Origin: Schmidtea polychroa
Taxonomy: Eukaryota
DNA: 64,000 nt
NCBI GenBank assembly: GCA_044892525.1
Contig: CM097885.1
Location: 11,906,001 to 11,970,000, forward strand
Reading direction: 5' to 3'
Part shown: one piece after another, positions 14,711 to 29,369 of the stretch
How the letters are laid out: each line of letters starts with the position of its first letter
Position numbering within the stretch: the stretch's first letter is position 1
Program-made: the position numbers and the translations under genes
The notes under the pieces: generated by a model
Told to the model about the DNA's origin: nothing
The model's database searches: none
The model's input: the letters and a program-made list of their open reading frames with translations, nothing else

Positions 14711-14905
14711 TTATAAAAACTTTATTCAAATTTCATTACTGATTTCTTTTTCATTGACATTGTATTTATTAAAAAGCTTGACTATGAATCAATAAATATA
14801 TCGATGTTTTTGAAATTCACTTGAAAAAGGCAGTGCCGAAAATTCGTGAATATCAAAAACATCGATATATTTACTGATTCATAGTCAAGCCTTTTTAATA
14901 AATAA
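14711..14905 (+). repeat. Family A fold-back palindrome capped by an intact HHR-variant core
   Basis: Left arm 14711-14820 is the reverse complement of the family tail starting GTGAA; right arm 14846-14905. Confidence 0.9.
14816..14850 (+). ncRNA. Minimal type-I hammerhead ribozyme variant (C3U/G8A core), family A
   Basis: TTCAC TTGAAAA A GGC AGT GCC GAAA AT TC GTGAA: stem I TTCAC/GTGAA, core UUGANAA plus extra A, stem II GGC/GCC, GAAA, palindromic AATT stem III, UC cleavage site. Matches the minimal variant HHRs known from Penelope-like LTRs. Confidence 0.65.
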
Positions 14906-15940
14906 AATATATTTCAATAACAACCATTTGTTTGTAAAAATCTCTCTTATCAAATCCATCTCGACAAGTCCGAATTTCAAGAAAAACGTTGACCAACTAC
15001 TGTCGGAATTCATTGATATAATTACTGATTTTTTTTACTAAGAAAAATTTAAACGTGAAAACTAACAATTTTGCCCCCAGTCGAAATAGACAATCAAAAT
15101 AAATCAAAGAACAAATACTAACAATTCATACAAATAAATTTAGCGAAATATTTCTTATAGTTTCAGATTTTCCCCCATTTTAAGCTGTTCGTAGGAAATT
15201 TTGGTTCGGTAACTCAAATGGAAATGGAGATTGTCAAATTTCCAATTCTCCACAAACCGTTCCCGCTTCAACGCTCAAGCGTACGACCCATCTCGAAGGA
15301 AAATAATTAAGTTATCAATCTAGTTTATTAATACAATTATGCATGGATTGATTGTGATATATTACAATTGAATTGATAACTGTGTCAATGTTTGACACGA
15401 TGAAATTGAAACCACAAATTAAAACAAAACGGATTTATCTGAATTTACTGAAATTCACCAACTAATTGTAATTCCAACTCTCGATAATTAATTAATTTCA
15501 GAAAGAAAAACTTCATTAACATTTATTATTTTTCCACTCTGATTAAAACAACTCTGCATGTTTGTGTGGATTCAAAGATAAGACCATTTTTATCATTAAT
15601 AAAATGCTTCACTGACAGAATTCAGCGGAGATTTATTTTTGGATGGGGGCAGGCGAATTATAATGTTGATATTTGTCTTTTTAGATTTTGAAATTTGGTT
15701 TTGATTCACAATATTCCATAATTGGTTTTAATTAGATTTCATTTGGAAAAATCACTCTGGAGCAATGGAGCAAGATGTGGAATAGCAGATAGATAATTAT
15801 TACAACAAAAAGAAAAAAAAACTTAATCAATTTCTTAAATTTAACTGAAAAAATAATTTTTAAAGAATTTATTTTATTTTAATAAAAATTATTTCATATT
15901 TAATAAAATATTTGAAATTATTTAAAAAAAAATTATTATT

Positions 15941-16148
15941 GTAAGAACTAATTTCAAATTTCACCACTGATTTCTTTTCAATTAACATTGTATTTATTAA
16001 AAGGCTTGACTATGAATCAGATGAATATCCATGTTTTTTTTGATATTCATAAATTTTCGGCACTGCCTTTTTCAAGTGACTTTGTGAATATAAAAAATAA
16101 ACATCGATATTTTTACTGTTTCATAGTCAAACTTTTTAATAAATACAA
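15941..16148 (-). repeat. Family A fold-back palindrome, HHR core on minus strand at ~16046-16079
   Basis: Full minus copy 15941-16079, 4-nt filler CTTT, then a plus arm starting GTGAATAT at 16084. Confidence 0.85.
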
Positions 16149-17742
16149 GGAAAACAATTATTATTATTACCCAACTCATTTTTCACATGTTCGTTTTTAA
16201 ACGAATTATTACACGGTCTATGAAAAAGCCGTCTTCCTTATTTGTATGTTTTATTTAGTCTTACACAATCAAGCTTTATTATATTCATTTTTACACAGTT
16301 CTTTAAATTAAATATTGTTTTCGATTTCATATTATACGGTTTTTCGATAATTTAGAACGTATTCTTCCTTTTAATATAAATAATGTTTATTTTTCACACG
16401 CATTTCTGAGGAACATATCTACCATGTAAACAAAGAGATTGGTGTATTTATGTCCAGTAAATGAAATCCGAATTAATAAAACAAAAAAGTTTTGATTTAT
16501 GGTGATGAGTCATAATAATGTTTTTATAATATTGGATTAATTATGTCAAAATTAAATTAATTAAATTAATTAATTAAATTTTATTAGTTAGATATTTGAA
16601 ATAAATCTTATTATTCATTGAGTCTTATTGTATAAAAATATAGTGCTAAATAATACATTGTGATTGAGTTTAATATATTTGTTTTTAACAACGATTTCAT
16701 TATTTTATTAAAATTTACTTCGACTTAATTGTAAATTTGGTAAGTACTTTTTAGTTCGCCGATTTCCGTTCAATTGTTTTCTCCAGTAAGTCTATGATTT
16801 TAAAATGAGAATTGTATTGTTTAAATAATTGACGCAAATTTCGTAATGTTATGTTTTAATTTTAATTTTAATTTAATTTTTTTTGTAATAAAATTTCAAA
16901 CTAAATATTCTTTTTTTTATGTGTTTTTTCATTTATATTTATACACCTTTTATATACTTATATTTTAATGAAGTGAGTCATTTTGAATACTTTTAAGTAA
17001 CTTTTAAACGTTTAGCCAGGTTATCACTTGGAATTATTCGTTCTTTAGCATGTCAATGAAATATATAGAACATACAAGCTCTATCTTTATAAAACTCATT
17101 TTATTAAAACTTCTATATAAAGTGTCAAAACAATAAAATGTTAGATTACTAAAAAGTTCCAAAATCAAATATAATGAAATGTGTTTACATATTTATTTAT
17201 ATAGATATATTATATTATAAAACACTAAAAAGTACTATATAAAAAATAAAAGTATTAAAAAAACACTTTTTTAAATAAACAGAAGAAACAAAAAACGCAC
17301 ATTCGAAATAAAAAGTAACATGAAGATAAATAGAGATAAAGCACAGCAATAAAATTTATACCAATAATTCAGAAACAACTTTTCATCCGGAACCCGTATC
17401 GCAGTCAAATCATTATTACCATCAGATAAAATTCAGATCGCGACATCACAATTTTATACTCAGTAAATTTTTAATGTTATTAATTATAATGTATTTCATA
17501 GTTATAAAAAAATTATTTAAATTAATTATTAAAAATATTTACATTTGTTTAAATAATTATATTTAAAACACAAAATTTAAAAAAAGAGAAAGTTTCAATC
17601 AGAAAGATCATTAAATTTTAATAAATAACAATTAATAATCATTTTGTAATTAGCATAATAAGTCATTTGATATGAGTTCAACATTTAGTTTTCTTCAATA
17701 CTGTTAAAATTATTATTTTGTAGAGGCTACTTTGTAATACAC

Positions 17743-18762
17743 TGTTGAGGATACCTAAATAACAATTTTTAAAGAAATAAATAAAATTACCTGGTGGAAG
17801 ATCGCCATGACAAACGGGACGATCTATAGAAACTCAGAAAAGAAAACGGAAGTGAAAAGAAATTAAAAATGAGAAAGAGAATGGAAATAAAAGTTATCAA
17901 ACAGGAAAATAAAAATCAAGGTCAGTACTAATTTAAGGAAAAGGAATTTTGAAATCGGGGAAAAAGGAAAACAACAATATCCTTATCTCGACAGCTTGCC
18001 AGTGATAATAGAATTGATGGGAGAAGGCGGTCAAACAAAAAAGAGAAAAGGGAAAACAACTTGACAGCTGTCAGAGATAAAAATGGGACAGTCGGGAAAA
18101 GCAGGAGAAGGAAAATGGAAAAACACTTGATTATCTAGAGTGCCAGAAGAGAAGCGAACTATATAAGGGAAAACTGGTGAACATGAGAGGAGAACAAAAT
18201 TAGAAGGAAAATTAGAGACAAAGTGACGCGAAATTGAAAACGAATTGAAAGACGATTTGAGATACGATTTGAGATACGAGTTGAGAGACGATTTGAGAAA
18301 TAAAATTATTGGAGAAAATTAGACGTTGGACGAAAAGTTGTTGGACAAACGATTGTCAAAAATAATTGTAAAGGAATTAATTGTGGAAAATAATTATTGG
18401 AGAAGAGTTGAAGAAAGGAATTAGTTGAATAATAAAACGAAAAGAAATTATTTGATTATTTGAATAAAGTTTGGAAGAAAGTCAAAGAAAACAACCAGCT
18501 CAAAATCCCAGTTTAGAAACCAATCAGTAATTTGTGATCTTTTAATCCGGTGTTATACAAAAGTGCTATTCTCACCGAGTGTTGTAATAAGCATTGTATA
18601 GTCGCCAAGCAGAGTGTTGAATTTATTGTCAGTGTCAAGTGAAAGTTTATTTGTGATTATCAATAAAGATTTCTGTTGTCAAGTGTTATTTGTGAGTTAT
18701 ATAAAGACACACTTGAAGTCAGAGTAACATTTAAAATTTATCACCAACACAATAACCTAACA
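17743..18762 (+). mobile_element. Solo LTR, 1020 bp (gypsy-type)
   Basis: TGTTGAGG...CCTAACA termini with 4-bp TSD ACAC (17739-42, 18763-66); internal TATA (CTATATAAGGG ~18159), AATAAA and 12-bp tandem repeats (~18250-18298). Confidence 0.8.
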
Positions 18763-19411
18763 ACACCAAAGAGCAATAAGTAAGAATCTAAATTACTAAA
18801 AATAAGTCTCAATAATATAAAAAACTAACCAATGAAAAATAAGTATATCAACCACAATAATAACAGGAAATAAGGTCCTTTGGCAATAAGTAAAAGCCTT
18901 CACTATAAAAAACTAGAAATATTTATTGAGAAGAAAAAGATAATAATTCATACACAAATGCACGGTGCACAAAATTTCTATAATATAAAATCCACACAGT
19001 TTAAAAAGAAATAATCACACTTGACAATAAGTTAGAACCTCGTTGTAAATATAAATAAAGAAATAACGCATGTTTTTGAAATTTCTTTTGACATCACAAA
19101 TTATCCAATAAAAGTAAATATGTAGGGTTATTAGTTAAATGATGTATTTGATAGAATCTTTGTCAAAGATTTTGACTTTTACTAAGAAATAAAATTATTA
19201 CATCAAATTGGAAAAAATTCAAAAAGCAATTAAGACATTTAAAAACATTTAGTTATTAACAAGATTGCTTAATATCTGGAATAAATCTTTATAGAGATTT
19301 TATTCAGAAATTCTAAAAATTGTTTGAAAAATTATTAAATCAAAAGCATGAAAAATAATTACTAAATCACTTTATAATTACTATTAAAAATATTACTACG
19401 TTAATCTAGGT

Positions 19412-19868
19412 CAGTGGTTCCCTAACTGAAAATTGTTGATTGTATTTCCGTCATCATACATGGTAGAACGTGGATTTAGTGCAGTTGCGAGTCTTATAAC
19501 TAGAAAAAAGAAACGACTGCAAATAATTGACTGTGGAGATTTACGAATACTCCTGACCAACACCAGGCTCATCCATGGCATTAGAAATAAATTTTGTTTT
19601 ACTTCGATTCATTTATTAATCTAAATGTGCAATTTATATTTCGTTGTTTTGTTTTTCTCAATAAATATTATTTCTTTTCTAAATTGGTTTATTTCCAAAA
19701 TACTTCAATAATTTAAGTAACGGCCTATCTTATTAGTAACACTATTGATACATAAAAAAAATTTCAATACATTTTTCTTTTTATTTAATTTATAGAAGGT
19801 AAATTTCCAGGGTGGCATTGTGTATTTTTTTAAGAGGGTAGTGGGTCAAATAAGTTTGGGAAACTAAG
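19412..19868 (+). mobile_element. Internally deleted hAT (Buster/Charlie-like) element with transposase C-terminus
   Basis: Begins CAGTGGTTCCCTAACT, ends AGTTTGGGAAACTAAG; ORF 19433-19624 FPSSYMVERGFSAV...RLQIIDCGDLRILLT is the hAT dimerisation/catalytic-E region. Confidence 0.8.
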
Positions 19869-19976
19869 ATCTTTGATTATTGCATTTTTGTATATTAAAA
19901 CTTTTAAAAATTAAAAGTTAATGATTCATTGAATTTTATGGCTACACCAAACTTTACAGCGATGAATCTTCTATAA

Positions 19977-20388
19977 CATCTATTCTCAAACCATGGGTCG
20001 CGACCCGCATGTGGGTCGTGGAAACTTCCCAGGTGTGTCGCGAGGATGCTAGTTGTAAAAAAATGAAACAAACTACGTCACAAACTTTTTAATCTGCTAC
20101 AAACAAAACAAGAGCATTAGTTTACTAGTGTTAATTTGCGATTTGCTCCATATAAAGCGCGATCTAGCGATCACAAATAAAAATCCGCATTAGTTCATTA
20201 GCGTCAACTAACGAGACATTATTGATCAATTGCAAAATAGAGATGGTTTGCTGGCGAAAACAACATTAAAATTTTTAAATTTAAGAGACCATAATCTTTC
20301 GACATAAGATATTTAATTTTGTATTGGTTCGCCAAGTTTCTGGTTTCTGGCTAGTGGGTCCCTATTTAAAACAGTTTGAGGACCCCTG
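19977..20388. mobile_element. hAT MITE, 412 bp
   Basis: Perfect 8-bp TSD TTCTATAA (19969-76, 20389-96); degenerate TIRs CATCTATTCTCAAAC / GTTTGAGGACCCCTG; GGGTCGCGACCC subterminal palindrome. Confidence 0.85.
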
Positions 20389-22898
20389 TTCTATAATATA
20401 AGAAAACAGATCAAAAACGTTATAATATAGAAACACACCTGCTCACTTTGATGTTATTCTTTGTGTTAGAAGAAGACATAGTTTCACAGAAATCTTTATT
20501 CACTTCAAAAATCTAAACGGAACACACAATCGTTATACTATTTATAGTACATTGAATTGCGTAATCTACAAAAGGGAGAATTATTAGTTTAAGTGATACT
20601 GTTGACACAGAAGACAAACATACTTACTTAATTTAGTTATACTTAGCATTCCCGCATCATTCAATAGATATCAAGGTCTAGTGACCTGGTTATGTAAGTA
20701 ATTCTTTGGAAATTATTATATCATCTTACACTTTGCAAGTGCAATGAGATACAATCTACAATACACAATTTGAAAAATTGATAGAAAAATTAAATACTGC
20801 ACACAAATATATGTACACTTTGAGGCAATGAAATACACACCTATAATAAATTTGTTATGAACAATACTTAAAAACAACATATGGCAGGAAAATTGAGTTT
20901 CCGTAAAAAAGGAGATCATCTAAAGATATATTTTAAAGTTAAAATTATTTTAATATTTCCTTAGCATTTCAGACATTTCTCTCAAGACTCATTTCGCAAA
21001 TGTAATTTAATAATTCCATAGATTTTCAGATATTGCTGGACTTTTACCGTTGGTAATAATTTTACGTTGGTAATACCGAAACAAATAAAATAAATAAGTT
21101 TCTGAAAATGTAGAAAGTTTTATAATAAAACGACTGACAAATTATTCATCAAATTATTTCAAATTTACTCACCAACTTGTAGTACAAAATGTGTATTTCA
21201 GTAGAGTTTGGTGTATAATAAATATAGCAAAATCCACTTCATTATCCGTATGTTTTCACTACCATTATTGAAGGTATTTTGTCAGACACATCTTACATCT
21301 GCTGTGACCATGCATGACCACCTTGACAATCTATGTATATTTGTATTATTCTTTAATATATGAATATATTATTATTTTAATAAAATTAATCAATTATTTT
21401 ACTTTGGCTTTTAGGGTAACCTGATTAGTTTGGCAATAATAGTCTTAATGAATTTCTCGTCGTCAAAACTTGACTGAATGGCATTTTAATTATTCAAAAT
21501 ATTTGATTCATTATTTGAATTTATTCCAAAAATTAACGCCATATTATCAGTTAATTTTTAATATTATTTATGAACAGGTCTAACACAAATAGTTGATGAA
21601 TGTTTCCAGACGATCTGGCCAACAGATATTGGGGAAATATTTTCTATTAGATAATATCATAATTGCAATACTTTTTAATTAAATTACTTTTACAATATGA
21701 AATCAGTCTGGTCAAATCTTTGAAAATTACTTTGAATTTTCCAAAAAAAATATTATTAATAAAAGTAAAATTGTTTTTAAAACTTGAAATTTAATATCTG
21801 CAATAATTATTACAAATTAATATATTTAATATAAAATATATCTAGAACGAATTTTGTCTCTAAATCCATTGAACCATAAACAATAACATTTATCGCTGGA
21901 ATTATATTGAAGTAGTAAAGAAAACGTTAAAAATCATTGTACAACATTACATCATCAATTTCTGTTACTTTTATACAAATTGCTCTTCTTTGATCCACGT
22001 GGGACACATTTTGCCATTATTTTCATTGCTATTTTTATTATCGATTGCCCTTATTCTATAGCGGTTGGTCCACTTTGATTCAAATCCTAAATCCTTTTGA
22101 TATCGAATCATAAACCTTGCCATTCCATAGAGTTATACCAGTTATCCCACGAGACCACATTTGAATTTCATAAAACATTGCTATAAAAAAGTCTGAGAAA
22201 TTATTGTTTTAAATTTTTAAATGTTATTTAAATTTAAATTCAGATTTAAATTAAAGATTTATAAATTTAAAATTTATTATTGATTTAAATATTTTAATTT
22301 AAATTTCAAAATTTTCAAGCATTGTATCGAAATTAAAATTTCGGACATTTATTAATTTCGATTTCAATATTATTATAATTTAAAATAAAATTACCTCAAA
22401 ATTCTAGAATTCTTTCGACATTAAAAACTAAATTTTCTTAAACTTAATCCAATATTCTTTACAAAGACCAAATAACAAGTTATAACAAGTTTTTATAAAA
22501 TATATGTTAAATAATTCAAAATCTGGTAAATTCTAAAATCTATTTTATAACATAATAGTTCAAGTATTTATTTATTTAGGATCGATAATGAACATAAAAT
22601 ATGAAACATGTTTAAGACATACAATAACATAAACACACGCATCAAACTATTTACGATAATTTTAATTAGGTAATTTAATTTAGATTATTTATAATATACA
22701 AACAAAATTTAAGAACATCCATTAAAATAATAATTCATTTGTTTAAATGATAAAGAAATTGTAATTTTTATTTTTTAAAATGTTTTTAAAATGATTTTTG
22801 TTACATAACTTATTATTATATATATATATATATCAAAATTAGACCCTAAATAATTTGTTTAATTCTCTTCTTTGAACTGTGAAGAAAACAAATGATAA

Positions 22899-23515
22899 TT
22901 AAATAAACATACTACCTACTTTGCAAGATTTTGAAACAATTCTATGATTCAATGTACCCAGCTGTTTACTAATCTTTCTCTTGAAATCTTTATATTCTTC
23001 AGAATACGGCAATACAATCGTATATTTTGGCTCATCTGGTTTGTTAGTATCAATACTCATATTCACTACATCATTCGACATACCAGTCAATTTACATTCA
23101 TTCATATTACGATCCCTAGCATTATTCCTACATTTATCAACAGTCTCTTTCAACGTTAACAATAAAACCGTTTTGAGTAGCCATTCTTCACCAGTAATTC
23201 AACTAATTTATCTACACTTTTTACTGAATTTTTAAAAGTGGAAGATAAGCACCATGATCGATAAACCAATCCTTTCACCATGTTTCTTTTATATTTAAAT
23301 TCACAAAAACTCTCTGGGGTAGTATAGAGGCCGGTATCTGTTGGTTTTCTGTAAATATCTGTCTCATATTGTTCATCTTTACGTTTAATTAACAAGTCAA
23401 GAAATGCTATGTATGAATCCTTCTCAGTTTCACATGTAAATTTAATGTTCTTATGCAAACCATTCATGTAATGCAAAAAAGGTTTCACATGTTCCTTATT
23501 TCTAAATATCAGAAA
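22899..23515 (-). mobile_element. Penelope-like retroelement ORF fragment (RT C-terminus, thumb, linker)
   Basis: MNGLHKNIKFTCETEKDSYIAFLDLLIKR...TDIYRKPTDTGLY...YKRNMVKGLVYRSW...LLVKNGY then IVLPY; characteristic PLE RT motifs, frameshifted. Confidence 0.9.
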
Positions 23516-23649
23516 AATCTTGAAAACCTTTGAAAATCGTAAAAAATTATAAAATTTCTGTGAAAAACCCTTGAAAATCTTAAAAAATTATAAAAAATTA
23601 TAAAAAATTATAAATTTTTGAGTTGACCTACAAAATTAAAAATTTTTTG

Positions 23650-23900
23650 AATAATGCTAAGGAAATAAATGTAAATTGACTGATATGTCGAATGATGTAG
23701 TGAATATGAGTATTGATACTAACAAACAAGATGAGCCAAAATATACGATGGTATTGCCGTATTCTGAAGGATATAAAGATTTCAAAAGAAAGATTGGTAA
23801 ACAGCTGGGTACATTGAATTATAGAATTGTTTCAAAATCTTGCAAAGTACGTAGCATGTTTGTTAGTAAATCTCAAACACCGGTTGGATTGTGTTCGGAT
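23650..23900 (+). mobile_element. Inverted duplicate of the Penelope linker region
   Basis: Near-identical reverse complement of ~22900-23130 (DMSNDVVNMSIDTNKQDEPKYTMVLPYSEGYKDFKRKI...), extending further to KSQTPVGLCSD. Confidence 0.9.
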
Positions 23901-24684
23901 AATTAAATAATTTATCAAATTAAATTAAAAGTTTATGTAAATAAATATTGAAAATGCAAATATTTTTATTGAAAAATTTGTCGAGTTGTTTCATTAAATG
24001 ATTGAAAATTTGTATTTTAAATAATTTTATATCAACAGGCTTGTTCTTATTCTTAACAAACTTGATTTGAATTTGTTGAACAAAACTGTTTAATTATTAA
24101 AACAATTTTACAATTTGGAGCAATATAGTATTTGTCAATGAAGGTAATAAAAATATATTCAAGAAACTCTGGAATAACGGGACAGAAAATGATAATACTA
24201 AATGAATACCGAGAAAGTATTTTAAAATGATATTCTTAGATATTATATTTTGGTTATAATGTAATTATTTTTCAGTATTATTGGCATATTCTTATATCAA
24301 AATTAACTTTCTTCATTCCAATATCAATTTTTTGGCTTGGCTTCCATAGAGTCCAGACTTAAAAATTATGAAAAATCATTTTATTTTTAAATTTTATGTT
24401 CAAATTAGGTGATATTTGTGTCCAGAAAATTTAGTGTAGATTTTTTTGTTTAAATGAAGTTAATATTTCCAATAAATATAAATTTCAACGTGATGATTTC
24501 CTTTAGCTCTTCTGATATATTTTTCATTTTTTATATAATTTAATACACGAATGTCAATATTTTGAATTTTAATAAGACTTATCTTTGTCAATGTAATATG
24601 TATTTATTTTCTTTATTATTTTTATCCTTCTTCCTTATAACTAAATAAAGAAATAATAAAAAAATATTTAAATTAAAATAGTGG

Positions 24685-24742
<58 letters not shown>

Positions 24743-25847
24743 AGAGAATTTTCGATTATAAACCAATCCTTTTCAATTTGATCTAAGTAACTGCCACTGA
24801 TATCATTTTTTCATCTGAAAGGAAAGAAATATTCAGTAGAAGGATTACAACAGCAGTTCTGATTTGAATTAGATTGAAAAGGATTATCTTATTGCTGATA
24901 ATTCATATTGAATATAGTTGACAGCAAAAGCTTACTATTAATATTTATTTAATGTGTATCATTTACATTAAGTTTCTACTAATAAACTCTCAATATTTAT
25001 TATTATATATATCCAAATCAGGTTTTTGTAGTTAATAACCTAATAGTTAACAAATGAAATAATTATAAAGACTGGACACTTCATCAGTTTTTTCGTAAGT
25101 TAACAATTAAAAATAAATAAATTACTTGTTTAAACTACAAATTTAAAATCAAAACTAGCCTGAAGACATAAAAAATGATTAAAATTTGAAAATCCCTAGA
25201 AGAGAAAGATTTATCCTGATACAAATAAAAAAATTCAACCAATATTGACATAATGTACTTTTAACTTTTACCTGCAGATAAAACAGACAGAGACGAATAA
25301 AATGTAATTTTAATACGAAAACTAATGTCTTTTTCATTTTGACTTTCTTTTGTATAGAAATCTAGTCGACCGTTTGAATTTTCTTTTTAAAGTTTAAGAG
25401 TAACAAATTTTAATTACTTTACTCAAACAAAAAGCTGATTAATGATAAAACTCTAAGAAAAGTAGAATTTAATAAAATTTAAATCACCTATTAGTGTTTT
25501 GATGTAATTTTAACGAAATATTTGATTTTCCTGTTATATCATTTTGACTCATTCCTATGTTGACAATAATCAACATATTTCAATAAAATCATCTGTTCTT
25601 TTATATAGTATCCTCATATTAATCAGATCAACAATCTCTCCCTATTTTAGTAATAACTAAATAAATAAATATAAATATTTACTATATTTACTGGTATTGA
25701 CATGCCTCTAACATGCCGCAACTGTAATCAGATATGTTATCAATAAAATTTCAAATAACTATTTAATAAATTTTATTTCAAACATCTCCAATGAAATTTT
25801 ATTTCTGCAGTCTTTCACACAACAAAAACTATATATATATATATATA

Positions 25848-25992
<145 letters not shown>

Positions 25993-26626
25993 AAATTTAT
26001 CTGATTTAAAATTTTAATTTAAAACTTTAACTAATCGTCTTCCAATTCTATCATTATTAAATTCATTTAAAATACTAAATACATAATAGAAAAGCAGATA
26101 ATTCCCTAGAACAATTTGAATTTTGTTGCTGAAATATTTTAAACAAAAGGTTTTACCGAAAAAAAATTAAATTTAATTACAATTAAATAATATTCACATC
26201 CTAATTTATCCTAGAAGAAATAACGGTTATTTTCAACATCAAAAAAATATTGAGGCGTCATCAAAACAATTAAAACTTTCAATTTATTACTTGAAATATT
26301 TTGATAGTTATTTTTAATCAGGTTATAAAATAAAAATTAATTATTTAACTAAATATTTTGAAATAAGGAAAAGAACTCTTGATATTATTATTAGTGAGAT
26401 GCATTTAGATTCTGGCAAAATCTCTGGGGCCAGAGAAAGAAAATACGAAGTGTTTGAGAAAAAAACTGCAGTTTTCCGTTTGATTATATATTGGACACTT
26501 CAAATTTGTTTTTCTTGTATAATAATAAGTGGTTCACTTTCATAATTTCTCATTTTTATAGGGAATTTAGATTTTTAAAAATAAATTTATATTTTTAAAT
26601 GTAAATTATCGTACGGATTATTATTA

Positions 26627-26710
<84 letters not shown>

Positions 26711-27189
26711 TAATAATAATTGTTTAATTCTGACTACTCGCGTCTGTGTGCGATCTATGACTTGTACACACTGAGAAGTTGGATTTGTGATTGTGTGTGT
26801 GTGTTTTGGTTTTTGCTTTTTCTGAGGTTTGCAGTATGCAGTTAATCTCTTATACTCCTTATTGACGATTACAGCACACTAGGTTTCATCTTGCCGAAGT
26901 TCAGTGAGCAAGACAGGATGAACAATCAAAATCATTAGATTTGATAGATCTAGGCATAATACAAACCCAGATAGTAAAAGAAACAAATAAATTGTCATGA
27001 ATAATTGAAACTTTATAACTAATTAAACAAAAGTGAGCCAATTACAATGTCTTAGATTATAACTAAATCCTCATTGAAAATTATTGAAATTCTTCCAACA
27101 AAAAGCGATACGAATTTAACCACCCCTTTCGAACGTTGGTAATGTAACAAAAAGCGAGACAGGTAAAATGGACAATTTAAACCTTTTAT

Positions 27190-28150
27190 TAACATTTGCT
27201 CACATGATTTTTAAGTAGATTCATAACAGATGCAGACAGTAGATAGATATATGCACTCCAGATCCTATAGAAATGCTGAACACCAACAATTTACTTTGGT
27301 CGAATAGGGGACCTCTTTTTGTTGACACCGCCCATAAAATGTTTTCAATTTTGTTTTAATCAGTGATTATGTAACTTTTAAATTTGTTAATAATCAGTTA
27401 CACAATATCAATAAAAAACTTTAAATCGCTGATTACATCATCAATTTTCATTTCTTATAAGAATTTCAAAGACTATTGATTGAAATTAAATTCTCTATTT
27501 AATGAGACTGACGCAATCAAAAATTTAAAATTTCATTTTTAGTATTCCATTTTTGAATTTACACATCATTTTAAACAACTAAAGATATTTTCACTCAAAC
27601 ACTATAGATAGAATTTAAATCTCTACGAAATGACATCATTATTTATTTTAAATTTACACTCATAACACCTTAAACAATGACGTTTTCAGCCAACTTATAC
27701 AAACACACACATTTCCAACATTTAAAAAATACAAATTATTCATATATACTTAAGAAAATTCATTAAAAAACCATATTTAAAGACATAATAAAAATTAAAC
27801 ATTTATTAAAATCCCAGAGAAATTAGAGCGATATCTACTTTTCAAATTGGTGTTATGACATCTTTATCATCCATTTTATATGCCTGTATTGAAATATTTA
27901 GAAACCAGCTTTCCCCATTTTTATATTCAATTTCTTCATATGCATATGAACACGGGAATTTCGATTGTCGATGAATATTTTTTCATTGCAACTTAGACTC
28001 TTATTGATTTTACCCAACACTTTATTTACTGCAAAATCTTCTTTTGTTATATGAACAATGAAGCTTGTGACTTCATTAAATGAAGTTTTATCTACCTTAC
28101 GGTTATGATAAATTTGTACTGGTTTTACATCTTTCTTGATTTGAACCAAT
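27190..28150 (-). mobile_element. Decayed piggyBac transposase remnant
   Basis: ORF 27898-28149 NKVLGKINKSLSCNEKIFIDNRNSRVHMHMKKL resembles the xxDNxFxS catalytic-D region; ~27340-27220 reads HFMGGVNK...WSAYIYLLSASVMN (MGGVD region). Confidence 0.5.
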
Positions 28151-28333
28151 TTGAGTTATTTTCTTAATTGAACTTGTTTCTTTGAATACATTAATTCAAA
28201 ATAATTTTATTACTAATTATTTTTTATTAAATTTTATTAATTAGTATTTTATTAATTTCTATTAATTATTCTATTTCATTTACATTTTTATTAATTATTA
28301 TAATTATAATTATAATTATATTTATTATTATTA

Positions 28334-28371
<38 letters not shown>

Positions 28372-28373
28372 AC

Positions 28374-28764
<391 letters not shown>

Positions 28765-29096
28765 CCATTAAAAGTTAGAAATGCTAAAGGTTTACGGATG
28801 AACTTGTAAACAGTTTCTGTGTATGACGGTGTCTCCAGAGGCGAATATGATTTTTCCTACGCCATGTTTACAAGTTTGCAGATATTTGTTCCTGTGATTT
28901 TGCGAATTTGTAAGTGATGTAATTTCCAGTGTAACAGGGAAAGTATGTAATAGAGTTGAATCAGCAATATTGTATACTTACCTGGCTCGAAGAGAAATCT
29001 TCGCGTCTCCTGCATAGTACTGATGAAAGCCAAAAGCTCGAAACTAGTCCACTATTGAGATTTGTACTGGGTATCACAAAGCTTGTAATATTTATC

Positions 29097-29099
<3 letters not shown>
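28765..29099 (+). mobile_element. Second family B copy (putative Penelope 3' end / pLTR) ending in (TTA)n
   Basis: 28928-29099 is collinear with the minus copy at 28520-28697; the upstream part has an extra hairpin AACTTGTAAACA/TGTTTACAAGTT. Confidence 0.8.
29014..29055 (+). ncRNA. Hammerhead ribozyme, family B, slightly degenerate
   Basis: ATAGTA CTGATGA AAGC CAAAA GCTC GAAA CTAG TC CACTAT; core intact, mismatches at the first pair of stem II and of stem I. Confidence 0.85.
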
Positions 29100-29174
<75 letters not shown>

Positions 29175-29369
29175 GTGTCACTAATCGTGAAAACCAGTAA
29201 GTCAATACTCAAAATATATTAAATAATTCACATAGAAATAAAGTATATCACATAGAAATTTTAAAAATAAATAATATCAAACACCCTTCACAAAATAAAT
29301 TTAAATAACTGAACACATTATTATTACTATTACTACTATCATTATTAATATTATTTCAAAGTACCTACC

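Noticed and set aside
18250..18298. Short regular repeats as a CRISPR-like array
   Set aside because: Contiguous 12-bp tandem units without spacers inside a solo LTR in eukaryotic DNA.
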